In this document: piece after piece, positions 1-10,725 of the stretch
Layout: each line of letters opens with the position of its first letter
Numbering within the stretch: the first letter of the stretch is position 1
Source: Verrucomicrobiota bacterium
GTDB lineage: Bacteria; Verrucomicrobiota; Verrucomicrobiia; Opitutales; Cerasicoccaceae
Direction of reading: 5' to 3'
NCBI GenBank assembly: GCA_039818205.1
Contig: JBCBUK010000003.1
Location: 320,001 to 384,000 of the forward strand
DNA: 64,000 nucleotides
Translations under genes and position numbers: made by a program
The notes under the pieces: generated by a model
Told to the model about the DNA's origin: nothing
The model's database searches: none
The model's input: the letters and a program-made list of their open reading frames with translations, nothing else

Positions 1-1218
1 TCGGATGACGGTTTTTTAACTGCCAATGACGTGACTGCCTATTGCTGGGCATCCTTGTCATCCGAGAACGGGCCAATCATTGTCGAAGTTCCTCCAGCCA
101 CGGATAAGGTCAGCTATTTCGGTACGATTGTGAATGCCTGGGACCAACCGATCGAAGACGTGGGGCCCTCGGGTAAGGACGAAGGAAAAGGTGGCAGATT
201 CCTTCTGCTTCCGCCCGATTACGATGGGGAGCAATCGGTAGCGGAACTGGAGCGGGAAGGATATATCGTCTGCGAGACCGATACCTATCAGTATGGCTTT
301 TCGTTTCGCCCGCGCTTGTATAACGGTGCCACGGATAAGGACGCCGGCGACTATGCAAAGGGCGTGAAAATCTATCATCTCTCCGAAGCGGATAACCCAC
401 CAGCGACGAACTATGTCGATGCCACTGAAAAGAGCTACGACTGTTTGCCTTATTACAACTATACCTACTTTCAGGACATAAATGATGTTATCCAGGGAAA
501 CCCAATCCGTCTGCAGGACAAAGCGATGGCTTCGCTCCTAAAGGACCTGGGGATTGAGAAAGGAAAGCCCTTCAATCCGACGGTTCGTCAGAAGCAGGCC
601 ATCCATGAAGGTTTGTTGCTCGCCTACGCGTCGATGCAGGACTTCTTTGTTGCCGATGGAAAAGCCTGTGTTCCTTTGTGGAAAGACAAAGATGGAAATC
701 TTCAGTCACAGTGGATAGTCTGGGACTTCGCGCCCGGCCAGCCACAAGCAGGATTTCCTTATGAAACCGAGGACGCCATCCTGATCGATGACCGTGCCGG
801 TGGCAGTTATTTTTGGATCACCTACTTACCCAAGATCCTTGGCGGTGGTACCTTCTACCTTACTGGCCTCCGGGATACGAACGGCGATATGTATGACCCC
901 CAGGCAACCTACAAACTCAATGTGCCCAAAGATACGCCAGCGAAAGATTTCTGGTCGGTCATCGTCTACAGCATGGAAACGAAAAGCTTTATTCGTGACG
1001 TGCCACGTGTCGGACTGTCTTCGCGCGATGCGGACACCATGCAGGTCAACGACGACGGATCGTACGATATCTACTTCGGCCCCAAGGCACCGACGGGTAA
1101 GGAATCAAATTGGATACCAACGGGCGAAGACTTCTTTTTACTCTTTCGCTTGTATGGCCCCGAGAGCAAAGAATTCTACAAAACTTGGATGCTCGGCGAC
1201 CTGGAGAAAGTCGATTGA
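1..1218 (+). CDS. DUF1254/DUF1214 domain protein (5'-truncated by window edge)
   Basis: Frame open from base 1 (SDDGFLTANDVTAY, DUF1254-like LTANxxTxY). C-terminal DFWSVIVY...DGSYDIYFGPKAP...NWIPT...FRLYGP is typical of DUF1214. Confidence 0.85.
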   Translation, partial: SDDGFLTANDVTAYCWASLSSENGPIIVEVPPATDKVSYFGTIVNAWDQPIEDVGPSGKDEGKGGRFLLLPPDYDGEQSVAELEREGYIVCETDTYQYGFSFRPRLYNGATDKDAGDYAKGVKIYHLSEADNPPATNYVDATEKSYDCLPYYNYTYFQDINDVIQGNPIRLQDKAMASLLKDLGIEKGKPFNPTVRQKQAIHEGLLLAYASMQDFFVADGKACVPLWKDKDGNLQSQWIVWDFAPGQPQAGFPYETEDAILIDDRAGGSYFWITYLPKILGGGTFYLTGLRDTNGDMYDPQATYKLNVPKDTPAKDFWSVIVYSMETKSFIRDVPRVGLSSRDADTMQVNDDGSYDIYFGPKAPTGKESNWIPTGEDFFLLFRLYGPESKEFYKTWMLGDLEKVD

Positions 1219-1319
1219 TTTATCCGCTGCTACCAAAACCTTCAAAGGGGAATGAGCGGTCGTATTGTGTTAAGGTCATTCGTGCAGAGCCGGAATGACG
1301 ATCGCCAATTGAGGCACCT

Positions 1320-2138
1320 CTACTTGATCTCGATTTCCTCGGGCTCGAATTCGACTTTGGGGTAGGTTAGTTCCAGGGATTCGAGCAGGCCAACCACAAT
1401 GCGCGCGACAAGAAGATTGCGGGCCCATTTCCGGTTGGCTGGGATGATATACCAGGGCGCAAAATCTTCGCTCGTTTTTTCCAGGACGTCCTCGTAGGCC
1501 TCCATGTACTGGTCCCATTTTTCGCGGGCAATGAGATCGCTTTGGTCGAACTTCCAGTTCTTGGCCGGGTCATCCAGGCGCTTTTGCAGGCGGTCTCGCT
1601 GAGTCTCCCGATCAATATGGAGGAAAAATTTCAAAATGAGCGTTCCCTCATCGGCGAGCATGCGCTCAAACTCGATCATGTGGCGAAAACGCTTCTTCCA
1701 AACCGCCTCTGGCTGTAGCTCGTTGACTCGGACCGCTAGCACGTCCTCATAGTGGCTTCGGTCAAAGACCACGATTTCACCGCTCTTGGGCACCTCACGA
1801 TGCACGCGCCACAGGTAGTCGTAGCTCAACTCGCGCCGGGTGGGCTTGTCAAAACTGGCAACATCCACCCCTTGCGGGTTCACGCCTCGAAAGACGTGCC
1901 GAATCGTTCCGCCCTTGCCGCTGGTATCCATCCCTTGCAGGACAACCAGTAACTTTCGGCGTCGATCAATGAAAAAGCGCTTCTGGAGATCGGCAAGCTG
2001 CTCATTGAGCTCTTCCAGCTCCTCTCGGCCGCGCTCCTTGTCATCGGGAATATCGTGCCCAGGATCTGAGGGCACTTCCTCCAAATGCGGTCTTTTGCCT
2101 GGTTTGACCGCGTATCGCTCAAATCCTTTGACTACCAT
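1320..2138 (-). CDS. ppk2: Polyphosphate kinase 2 family (polyphosphate:nucleotide phosphotransferase)
   Basis: Walker A LQGMDTSGKGG, FDRSHYEDVL, KFFLHI, APWYIIPANRKW motifs. Confidence 0.92.
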   Translation of the reverse strand: MVVKGFERYAVKPGKRPHLEEVPSDPGHDIPDDKERGREELEELNEQLADLQKRFFIDRRRKLLVVLQGMDTSGKGGTIRHVFRGVNPQGVDVASFDKPTRRELSYDYLWRVHREVPKSGEIVVFDRSHYEDVLAVRVNELQPEAVWKKRFRHMIEFERMLADEGTLILKFFLHIDRETQRDRLQKRLDDPAKNWKFDQSDLIAREKWDQYMEAYEDVLEKTSEDFAPWYIIPANRKWARNLLVARIVVGLLESLELTYPKVEFEPEEIEIK

Positions 2139-2298
2139 GCTGAAGAGGTATCATTCACGTGACAGCCCCGACGTCAAACCGTACGATAAGAGAAATGAGC
2201 ATTGCTTATCGAGACAGCAAAAGCGTGAACTTGCTTGTGTAGTGGTTCTAAAATATCTTTCTGAGATTCGTTTGTAAATTAGCTCGAATCAGTCCGCC

Positions 2299-3105
2299 AT
2301 GAAATTTTTGCTTTTTGGATTGCTTTGTTTCCTGTTGGGATTCGCGGGAGGTGTCTTGTTGATTCAGGCAGTAATCGGTGAAACCGAACCTATCGTCGTT
2401 TATCGATTGTTGAAAGGGGAGGCTGACAGATCTGAAAGAAGCTGGGCTGCCGGGTCTGTTTCGGCTGATGAAGAAGCAGAGATTGGGGCGCTGGAACAAA
2501 TTACTGCGGAAAATGATGATGGTTCTATAATAACAATCACATTTTTGGCCGATGGCAGCTCTGATGAAAGAGAAATGCAGGCCAAGGAGATCGGACTAAA
2601 TCTTGATCGCATTCTTAACATGGAGACTGTGGGGCTCAGTGAAAATCTCGTTTTGACTGAAGAAGCGCGGATCAAATACCGGCTCACAAGGGAACAAGTT
2701 GCGGAGGTAAATCAGTATTTCGTCACTAAGCTTGGTGAGCTCGAGGAATATCAGAGGGAAAATGTGACCATCGAAAGAGTGGGAGATGCCAAGATCCAAG
2801 CTAGAATTCCTCCTTATCCTGACGACAGAGATCTAGAGACCGAATTACTCGAAGATCTCGAGCGTTTGGTAGACTCAGATATTGCCGGAGGAATTTTCTA
2901 CGGTAGCCAGGCGAATTTAGTGCAGTCTTTTCATGGCCTCGGCAAGTGGGATCGCGTCATTACTTTTAGTAGTTTGAGCAGTGATAAGATCGCTATCGAG
3001 GATGTATACACGAATGCCGTCGGTATGGAGGTGATGTCGATATGGAGTACAACGGCTGATCTCCCCGCCGAGTATCAGCATTTTCTGAAGATGGTTGAGG
3101 AGTAG
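2299..3105 (+). CDS. Hypothetical protein with N-terminal signal/anchor helix
   Basis: 268-aa ORF, hydrophobic N-terminus MKFLLFGLLCFLLGFAGG, acidic soluble remainder, no recognised motif. Confidence 0.7.
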   Translation: MKFLLFGLLCFLLGFAGGVLLIQAVIGETEPIVVYRLLKGEADRSERSWAAGSVSADEEAEIGALEQITAENDDGSIITITFLADGSSDEREMQAKEIGLNLDRILNMETVGLSENLVLTEEARIKYRLTREQVAEVNQYFVTKLGELEEYQRENVTIERVGDAKIQARIPPYPDDRDLETELLEDLERLVDSDIAGGIFYGSQANLVQSFHGLGKWDRVITFSSLSSDKIAIEDVYTNAVGMEVMSIWSTTADLPAEYQHFLKMVEE

Positions 3106-3274
3106 GAATTGCTTCGGCGAGACCCGCAACCATGCGGTCAAAAATCTATCCTTGCCGATCGGAATTTTGGCGTCTAGAACGTGTACTAGAGCGTCATTAG
3201 GCGCATTTTCAGCATCGGAACGGAAGGTTATGGCGGCTCCGGCCAAAATAACTGAATTTTTTCAAAAAAATCGC

Positions 3275-3302
3275 TTGCATTGAGTGATGCGAAGCGTAGT
3301 CT
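3275..3302 (+). promoter_or_regulatory. Putative sigma70 promoter of the str/S10 cluster
   Basis: TTGCAT-16 nt-TAGTCT preceded by T/A tracts (UP-like), about 90 nt upstream of rpsL. Confidence 0.4.
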
Positions 3303-3392
3303 CCGTCCCTTTCCCTGAAACCCCGCTGGTTCAGGCACATGTGTGTATTGATGCCGCGGGTCTTCTTATTTTCCGGAAATCCACCTATTTTC

Positions 3393-3773
<381 letters not shown>

Positions 3774-3789
3774 TTAAAATTTTAGAACC

Positions 3790-4263
3790 ATGTCACGTCG
3801 TCGTAGAGCAGTTAAGCGGAATGTCCCCGCCGATCCACGTTACCAAAGTCAACTCGTTGCGAGCTTGATCAACCTCGTTATGGAGCGCGGCAAGAAGTCC
3901 ATCGCTGAGCGCATTGTTTACAGTGCCTTCGAGCGGGTTTCCGAAAAGCTTGAAAAGGGCGATCCAGTCGATCTGCTCCTCGGTGCTTTGGAAAACGTCC
4001 GCCCAAAGCTAGAAGTTAAAAGCCGCCGTGTTGGTGGTGCGACTTACCAGGTTCCTGTTGAAATTTCCTATGAGCGCCAGCAAAGCCTCGCTTTCCGCTG
4101 GCTTGTCGACTCCGCCAAGAAGCGCAAAGGCATCCCAATGCGTGAGTCCCTCGCTCAAGAGATCATCGACGCCTACAATAATACCGGTGGCGTTGTGAAG
4201 AAGAAGGAAGAGACCCACAAAATGGCGCAAGCAAACCGCGCCTTCGCTCACCTCCGCTGGTGA
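3790..4263 (+). CDS. rpsG: 30S ribosomal protein S7
   Basis: [25 protein letters not shown]. Confidence 0.99.
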   Translation: MSRRRRAVKRNVPADPRYQSQLVASLINLVMERGKKSIAERIVYSAFERVSEKLEKGDPVDLLLGALENVRPKLEVKSRRVGGATYQVPVEISYERQQSLAFRWLVDSAKKRKGIPMRESLAQEIIDAYNNTGGVVKKKEETHKMAQANRAFAHLRW

Positions 4264-4315
4264 GCTTTTGATTTTTTATTAACCCTTAACCGTCGTTCTT
4301 TGACCAGTCTAACCA

Positions 4316-6478
4316 ATGTCCGCTACGCTCCAGTTGTCCCCTGCGAATGCTTCCGATCGGAAGTACCCGCTGGAGTATACGCGTAACATCGGGATCGCCG
4401 CGCACATCGATGCCGGCAAAACGACGACAACCGAACGAGTTCTTTATTACTCTGGCGTTGTTCACAAGTTGGGCGAAGTCCACGAAGGCACTGCGGTGAC
4501 CGACTGGATGGAGCAGGAGCGTGAGCGTGGAATCACGATCACCTCTGCAGCAATTTCCTGCAACTGGACGACCAAAGAAGGGCCTTTCGGCGGCACCGAG
4601 CACCAGATCAATATTATTGATACACCTGGGCACGTTGATTTTACCGCTGAAGTGGAGCGCTCCCTGCGCGTCCTCGACGGAGCTGTCGGTGTTTTCTGCG
4701 CCGTCGCTGGTGTCCAGCCCCAGTCCGAAACGGTCTGGCGCCAAATGGACAAATACCACGTCCCCCGCATCGCGTTCATCAATAAAATGGACCGGACGGG
4801 GGCTGATTTTTTTGCAGCTGTTGAGTCTATTCGCGAGAAGCTCGGTGGGAACGCTCATCCGATCTATCTGCCAATCGGGGCGGAGGATCAGCTGAGCGGT
4901 CTGATCGATTTGGTCACCATGCGTGCTGCGGTCTACGACCAAAGCGATGTTTCTGGTGTCGCTTTTGAATGGCAAGACATCCCAGCTGACCACCTCGAGC
5001 AAGCGGAAGCACACCGTGAGGAGCTAATTGAAGCGCTTTGTGATTTCGACGACGAGCTCGCTGAAAAGTATCTCGGCGGCGACGACGTTCAGCCGGACGA
5101 CATCCGCACGGGTATCCGGAAAGCAACCATGAGCCTCGATTTTATCGGCGTAATTCCCGGTTCTGCTTTTAAGAACAAGGGTGTGCAGATGCTCATGGAT
5201 GCAGTTGTCGACTACCTTCCAAGCCCAGTCGATGTGAAGCCAATGCCGGCCCACGACGAAGATGGTGAGCGTGAGATCGATCCGATTGTAGCTGATGACG
5301 CAGGTAGCGTATGCGGCCTGGCATTCAAGCTGATGAACGATTCCTTCGTTGGAAAACTCGTCTTTTTCCGAATTTATCGCGGCACCCTGCGCAAGGGTTC
5401 GATGCTCTACAATCCACGCACCCGCCGGAGCGAACGCATTTCCCGCCTCATGATCATGAAGGCTGATGCACGCGAAGACATCGATATCGCTCATTCGGGC
5501 GACATCTGTGCTCTGGTTGGAGCGAAGGATGTCATCACCGGCGATACGCTTTGCGAAAAATCGAATCCACTCGTTCTGGAGCCACCGTCGTTCCCTGAGC
5601 CGGTCATTTCGATGTCCATCGAGCCCAACACCAAGGCCGACCAGGAAAAGCTCTCGCTGGGACTTCAGCGTCTTGCCGAAGAAGACCCGACTTTTAAGGT
5701 AAGCTCAAACGAGGAAACCGGCCAGACCATCATCTCTGGAATGGGCGAGCTTCACCTCGAGATTATCCGCGACCGATTGTTCCGTGAGTTCAAGGTCGAG
5801 GCCGAAGCCGGCAAACCGCAAATTTCCTACCGCGAGACCATCACCCAAGCAGCCGACGGCGAAGGCAAGTTCGTTCGCCAATCCGGAGGTAAGGGGCAGT
5901 ATGGTCACGGCTTCATCAAGCTTGAGCCACAAGAAGCCGGGAAGGGCGTCGAAGTCGTCAACGAAATCGTTGGTGGTGCAATCCCGAAAGAATACATCAA
6001 GCCTTTCATGGATGGCGTCAAGGAAGCCGCCAACACCGGCACGATCGCTGGATATCCAGTTGTCGATTGGAAAGTCCGCGTCGTTGATGGATCATTCCAC
6101 GAAGTCGATTCCTCGGAGATGGCCTTTAAGATGGCCGGTATTTTTGCATTCCGTGACGCGGCGGACAAGGCAGGCGCTGTTCTCCTTGAACCGATCATGG
6201 AAGTCGAAGTTTCTGTGCCCGAAGAATACCAAGGCGATATCGTTGGTGATATCAACCGTCGCCGTGGTCAAATCCAAGGTATGGAGTCCAAGAATGGCCT
6301 GGCTGTTCTTTCCGCAAAAATCCCCCTGGAAACCATGTTCGGTTACGCCACCGACGTGCGTTCTTTGTCCAAAGGCCGCGCAAATTACAGCATGACGCCG
6401 CTTTGCTTCGAGCAGGTTCCTGGCAGCGTGCTCAAAACCATTGTTGAAACCTCCGGCTATATGCCCGCCCGTTCCTAA
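4316..6478 (+). CDS. fusA: Elongation factor G
   Basis: [46 protein letters not shown]. Confidence 0.99.
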   Translation: MSATLQLSPANASDRKYPLEYTRNIGIAAHIDAGKTTTTERVLYYSGVVHKLGEVHEGTAVTDWMEQERERGITITSAAISCNWTTKEGPFGGTEHQINIIDTPGHVDFTAEVERSLRVLDGAVGVFCAVAGVQPQSETVWRQMDKYHVPRIAFINKMDRTGADFFAAVESIREKLGGNAHPIYLPIGAEDQLSGLIDLVTMRAAVYDQSDVSGVAFEWQDIPADHLEQAEAHREELIEALCDFDDELAEKYLGGDDVQPDDIRTGIRKATMSLDFIGVIPGSAFKNKGVQMLMDAVVDYLPSPVDVKPMPAHDEDGEREIDPIVADDAGSVCGLAFKLMNDSFVGKLVFFRIYRGTLRKGSMLYNPRTRRSERISRLMIMKADAREDIDIAHSGDICALVGAKDVITGDTLCEKSNPLVLEPPSFPEPVISMSIEPNTKADQEKLSLGLQRLAEEDPTFKVSSNEETGQTIISGMGELHLEIIRDRLFREFKVEAEAGKPQISYRETITQAADGEGKFVRQSGGKGQYGHGFIKLEPQEAGKGVEVVNEIVGGAIPKEYIKPFMDGVKEAANTGTIAGYPVVDWKVRVVDGSFHEVDSSEMAFKMAGIFAFRDAADKAGAVLLEPIMEVEVSVPEEYQGDIVGDINRRRGQIQGMESKNGLAVLSAKIPLETMFGYATDVRSLSKGRANYSMTPLCFEQVPGSVLKTIVETSGYMPARS

Positions 6479-6513
6479 TCCTCTTTTCCACACCCAAGAA
6501 ATCCTTTCTCATC

Positions 6514-6822
6514 ATGGCAGGTCCAAAAATTCGCATCAAACTCCGCGGTTACGATTACCGCATCATCGACCAGTCGGCAGCTGACATTGTAGACACCGCG
6601 AAGCGCTCTGGCGCCCGCGTCAGCGGTCCCGTGCCGATGCCCACTCGCATCGAAAAGGTGACGGTTAACCGTTCCCCGCACGTTGACAAGAAGTCGATGG
6701 ATCAATTTGAACTGCGCACTCACAAGCGCCTCATTGACATCATTGAGCCCACCGCCCAGACAGTGGACGAGCTGAAGAAGCTCAACCTCCCAGCTGGCGT
6801 GGATATCAATATCACTGTTTAA
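6514..6822 (+). CDS. rpsJ: 30S ribosomal protein S10
   Basis: [10 protein letters not shown]...[22 protein letters not shown]. Confidence 0.99.
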   Translation: MAGPKIRIKLRGYDYRIIDQSAADIVDTAKRSGARVSGPVPMPTRIEKVTVNRSPHVDKKSMDQFELRTHKRLIDIIEPTAQTVDELKKLNLPAGVDINITV

Positions 6823-6956
6823 TCACAACAAAACCTTAACTTAATTCGTTAACCGTCCGTTACTAAGCGATTTTTTAACTGACAGTTTTAACCTTCACGC
6901 AGGTCTCACGACAACGGAGACGCGGAGCAATCCAACTTTCCACCTGCCTCTGACTT

Positions 6957-7604
6957 ATGAGCTTTACCCTAATTGGTAAGAAAATTGGGATGACCCAGAT
7001 ATTCGACGGCAACGCGCTTGTGCCCGTGACCGTTGTTGAAGCTGGACCATGCCCAGTCGTTCAAGTTAAGTCCTCCGAAAAGGATGGCTACGAAGCCGTG
7101 CAAATCGGCTACGGTCCTCAAAAGGAACACCGCGTTTCCAAGCAACTCCAAGGTCACTTCGCTGCTGCAAAGGTAGCGCCGACCAGCGAGCTCAAGGAAT
7201 TCCGCACGGGTGACAACGAGGACGAATACAACGTTGGTGACGTTCTTACGGTTGCCAAATTCAATGAAGGCCAGAAGGTCGACATTATTGGCACGACCAA
7301 AGGTAAGGGTTTCCAAGGCGTTGTTAAGCGCTGGGGATTCTCTGGTGGGCCGGCTACGCACGGTTCGATGACGCACCGCCGCGGTGGTTCCTACGGTCAG
7401 TGCCAATGGCCAGGTGAGGTCTGGAAGGGCAAGAAGATGCCCGGTCACACCGGTAGCCGCAGCCGCACGACACAGAACCTTCGTGTTGTTAAAATCCTCG
7501 AAGATAAGAACTTGCTCCTGTTGAAGGGCAGTGTTCATGGCCCTAACGGCGGCACGGTTTATATCCGCACCGCAATCAAGAAGAAGCGCTCAGAACAAGC
7601 GTAA
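6957..7604 (+). CDS. rplC: 50S ribosomal protein L3
   Basis: GKKIGMTQIF, KGKGFQGVVKRW, KGKKMPGH. Confidence 0.99.
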   Translation: MSFTLIGKKIGMTQIFDGNALVPVTVVEAGPCPVVQVKSSEKDGYEAVQIGYGPQKEHRVSKQLQGHFAAAKVAPTSELKEFRTGDNEDEYNVGDVLTVAKFNEGQKVDIIGTTKGKGFQGVVKRWGFSGGPATHGSMTHRRGGSYGQCQWPGEVWKGKKMPGHTGSRSRTTQNLRVVKILEDKNLLLLKGSVHGPNGGTVYIRTAIKKKRSEQA

Positions 7605-7624
7605 TTTAGCCGGAGATTATACCA

Positions 7625-8248
7625 ATGAAGCTTAAAGTATTTACCGCCGACGGCAGCTCCAGCACTGAAAAGGAGTTTGCTATCCCGACTTTCGAGGACG
7701 ACAAGGGTCTTCAAGCACTTAAGGAAGTCGTCGTCAACTATCAGTCCAACCAACGCCAAGGCAATGCGAAGGCCAAGACCCGCGCCGAAGTGCGTGGTTC
7801 GGGCAAGAAGATCTATCGCCAGAAGGGCACCGGTAACGCACGTCACGGTGACCGTCAGGCACCTATTTTTGTTGGCGGTGGCGTTGCTCACGGACCGAAA
7901 CTCCGCGACTGGACCAAGCACACCAATAAGAAGGTTAAACTCTTGGCTATGCGTCGTGCATTGTTTGACAAAGCAAGCGACGGTGAGATTGCCGTTATTG
8001 AGAAATTCGAGATGTCGGCTCCTAAGACCAAGGATTTCGCCTCGATTCTCGGCAACATCAAGCCAGAGGGCAAAGTCCTGATCGTTGACCAACAGTTCGA
8101 CGACAACACCGCACTTTCCGCGCGCAACCTCGCTCGCGTCCACATTACCGATTCTGCATCCCTCAATCCATGGGACCTCGTACGTTTTGACAATCTGGTC
8201 ATCACGGAAAAGGGAATCGAGCAAGTTCTCGCCCGCACTGCACAGTAA
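7625..8248 (+). CDS. rplD: 50S ribosomal protein L4
   Basis: KTRAEVRGSGKKIYRQKGTGNARHG. Confidence 0.99.
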   Translation: MKLKVFTADGSSSTEKEFAIPTFEDDKGLQALKEVVVNYQSNQRQGNAKAKTRAEVRGSGKKIYRQKGTGNARHGDRQAPIFVGGGVAHGPKLRDWTKHTNKKVKLLAMRRALFDKASDGEIAVIEKFEMSAPKTKDFASILGNIKPEGKVLIVDQQFDDNTALSARNLARVHITDSASLNPWDLVRFDNLVITEKGIEQVLARTAQ

Positions 8249-8268
8249 CCAATAACCGGCGAACGATC

Positions 8269-8559
8269 ATGATTTCCCCCGACACCATTATTAAAGAATA
8301 CCGCGTGACGGAAAAGGCAGCCGATCTGACTGCTCATACCAATAAGTATACTTTCGAAGTATTTCCGTCGGTAAACCGTCGTCAGGTTGCATCCGCAGTC
8401 GAGAAGCTCTTTGACGTCAAGGTAGTGCGCGTAAACATCCTTAACCAGCGCCCAAAGACCAAGCGTAATCGCATGGCCCGTGGACGCGCCGGCAGCACTG
8501 CTGCCGTCAAGAAAGCAATCGTCACTCTCGCTGAGGGCGAAAGCATTGAACTTGCATAA
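8269..8559 (+). CDS. rplW: 50S ribosomal protein L23
   Basis: VTEKA...KYTFEV...AVEKLFDVKV...KKAIVTL, operon position. Confidence 0.98.
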   Translation: MISPDTIIKEYRVTEKAADLTAHTNKYTFEVFPSVNRRQVASAVEKLFDVKVVRVNILNQRPKTKRNRMARGRAGSTAAVKKAIVTLAEGESIELA

Positions 8560-8582
8560 ACTTTTAGGAGCTTAGAAACGAC

Positions 8583-9440
8583 ATGCCGCTCGTATCCAAC
8601 AATCCGACCACTCCGAGTCTGCGATTCCGCATTCAGAACAAACAGGACCTCGCGCCCAATAAGCCGGAGAAGAGCCTTACTCAGTCGCGCCACAATCCCA
8701 AGGGCCGCAACTGTTATGGCCGCATCACCTCGCGTCACCGTGGGGGTGGCCACAAGCGCCTTTATCGCTTGATCGATTTCAAGCGCGAGCGCCTCGATCA
8801 GGAAGCTGAAGTTTTGTCGATCGAATACGATCCAAACCGTTCGGCGAATATTGCCCTCGTGCAGTATCCTGACGGCGAGAAGCGCTACGTTCTCGCTTGG
8901 CGTGGGCTTCAGATTGGTCAAAAGGTCGTCAGCACCAACGAAAAGGTCGAGGAGTATACTCCGGGTCTTTGCTGCCAGCTGAAGAACATTCCACCAGCAA
9001 CTTTTATCCACGCAATTGAGATGCAGCCTGGCCAAGGCGCCCGCATTGCCCGCAGCGCGGGTCAGTCGGCTCAGTTGATCTCGATTGATGGTGCTTACGC
9101 CACGATCAAGATGCCTTCGGGAGAAATCCGTAAGGTTCACTCTTCTTGCCGCGCCACTATCGGTCGTGTCGGTAACGAAGAGCACGGTGACGAAGTCATT
9201 GGTAAGGCTGGACGTAACCGCTGGAAGGGCCGTCGCCCCAAGGTTCGTGGTATGGCCATGAACCCGGTCGATCACCCAAATGGTGGTGGTGAAGGTCGCT
9301 CGAAGTCTGGTGGTGGTCGCCAGCACCCAACTTCTCCATGGGGTCAGCTCGCTAAGGGCTATCCAACCCGTAAGAAGTCCAAGCAATCCAACGCCCTGAT
9401 TCTTGTTCGCCGCAATGGTCGCAAGATGAAGAAGCGTTAG
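8583..9440 (+). CDS. rplB: 50S ribosomal protein L2
   Basis: GGGHKRLYR, IEYDPNRSA, RGMAMNPVDHPNGGGEG. Confidence 0.99.
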   Translation: MPLVSNNPTTPSLRFRIQNKQDLAPNKPEKSLTQSRHNPKGRNCYGRITSRHRGGGHKRLYRLIDFKRERLDQEAEVLSIEYDPNRSANIALVQYPDGEKRYVLAWRGLQIGQKVVSTNEKVEEYTPGLCCQLKNIPPATFIHAIEMQPGQGARIARSAGQSAQLISIDGAYATIKMPSGEIRKVHSSCRATIGRVGNEEHGDEVIGKAGRNRWKGRRPKVRGMAMNPVDHPNGGGEGRSKSGGGRQHPTSPWGQLAKGYPTRKKSKQSNALILVRRNGRKMKKR

Positions 9441-9461
9441 TCTCTCTTTTCTTTAATCACA

Positions 9462-9482
9462 ATTCTGCAATCCGCAATCCGC
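9462..9482. repeat. Short heptamer tandem (ATTCTGC-AATCCGC-AATCCGC)
   Basis: Read directly in the rplB-rpsS spacer. A single AATCCGC recurs at 11832-11838. Confidence 0.5.
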
Positions 9483-9489
9483 ATAATTC

Positions 9490-9759
9490 ATGGCACGTTC
9501 GATCAAAAAAGGCTTCTTCGTTGACCCGAAGCTGATGGACAAGATTGAAGCCGCACAATCTGCTGGCTCCACTAAACCCATCAAGACGTGGTCGCGTCGC
9601 TCGACGATCACTCCCGAATTCGTTGGCCTCAACCTTTCCGTTCACAATGGTAAGGGCTTCATGCCCGTTTACGTTACGGAAAACATGGTTGGCCACAAAT
9701 TGGGTGAGTTCGCACCGACGCGCACCTTCAAGGGTCACCAGCCGTCCTCCAAGAAATAA
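9490..9759 (+). CDS. rpsS: 30S ribosomal protein S19
   Basis: [27 protein letters not shown]. Confidence 0.99.
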   Translation: MARSIKKGFFVDPKLMDKIEAAQSAGSTKPIKTWSRRSTITPEFVGLNLSVHNGKGFMPVYVTENMVGHKLGEFAPTRTFKGHQPSSKK

Positions 9760-9780
9760 CCCGTTTCGCTCATCTTAACC

Positions 9781-10338
9781 ATGATCCGTTTCCTTAAACA
9801 AGCGCTCTTGATTTCCGGTCTTTTGACTGGCGGGTCGCTTGTAGCCGAGGAAAGCGAGGCCCGCTTCGACCTGCGTTTTATTACGTCAGACTTCGAAGGT
9901 AAATGGGCCGAGATCGAGGTTGAGGAAGAGCGTCCGGTTGAAACCGTCAATCCCGGCTTTCCAACCAAAGCCCCCGCTGAGGTGGTTGTGGTTGAGGATT
10001 TGAATCCGGCCGAGTTTGCGATCCTCCGCGAGGCCGCCCAGTTGCGGACCGAAGTGCCGGAGTTTGCTAATAGCAGTATTTATCCATCCGGTGAGGCCGT
10101 TGTCTTTGGTGTCACCGAAAACAAGGCCGCCGACATTGTCATTCTCGACAATGGCCTCGATCAAGGTTTCCGCGTTGGGATGCTCTGTGAGATCACCCGC
10201 GAGGACACCGTCGTCGGAACCATTATTTTAGTTGCCGTTGAAGCTGACCGCTCCGCCGGCCTCATCGTTAACCTTCAGCCAGGCCGCAAAATTGTTTTCG
10301 GCGACCTGGCCCGCATTAAGACCGTTCAATTTTCCTAA
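9781..10338 (+). CDS. Hypothetical exported protein (signal peptide; FlgT C-terminal-like beta domain) inserted in the S10 operon
   Basis: Fills the rpsS-rplV gap with 21- and 13-nt spacers. Signal peptide MIRFLKQALLISGLLTGGSLVA. C-terminal pattern VILDNGLDQGFRVG...VGTIILVAV...IVFGDLAR. Confidence 0.8.
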   Translation: MIRFLKQALLISGLLTGGSLVAEESEARFDLRFITSDFEGKWAEIEVEEERPVETVNPGFPTKAPAEVVVVEDLNPAEFAILREAAQLRTEVPEFANSSIYPSGEAVVFGVTENKAADIVILDNGLDQGFRVGMLCEITREDTVVGTIILVAVEADRSAGLIVNLQPGRKIVFGDLARIKTVQFS

Positions 10339-10351
10339 CTAAGTAGATACC

Positions 10352-10702
10352 ATGGAAGTCTTGGCTCTCACCAAATACGCGCGTATGTCGCCAATAAAGG
10401 TTCGTGAAGTCGCCCGCGAAATTCAGGGCCTTCCCGCCAATGAAGCGATGGACCTTTTAAAGTTCATCCCGCGCAAGTCCGCACGCCTCTTGTCTAAGAC
10501 GCTCGCTAGCGCCATTGCTAACGCGGAGAACAACCACAACCTTTCATCCGACGATCTCGTGATCAAGAGCGCGATCATCGAAGAGGGCCCAGCCTTCCGC
10601 CGCTTCCAACCGGTTGCTCGTGGTTCCGCTCACCCCCTTCGTAAACGCACTAGCCACATTCGCATCATCCTCACCGACGAGGTGAAGGAGCCAGCAGCTT
10701 AA
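10352..10702 (+). CDS. rplV: 50S ribosomal protein L22
   Basis: RMSPIKVR, SAIANAENN, ARGSAHPLRKRTSHI. Confidence 0.99.
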   Translation: MEVLALTKYARMSPIKVREVAREIQGLPANEAMDLLKFIPRKSARLLSKTLASAIANAENNHNLSSDDLVIKSAIIEEGPAFRRFQPVARGSAHPLRKRTSHIRIILTDEVKEPAA

Positions 10703-10725
10703 CCCTTTAAAACACGCACTTAAAT

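Noticed and set aside
7559..9386. Long antisense ORFs (221 aa, 334 aa) over rplD-rplB
   Set aside because: Shadow frames of highly codon-biased ribosomal genes; no motifs.
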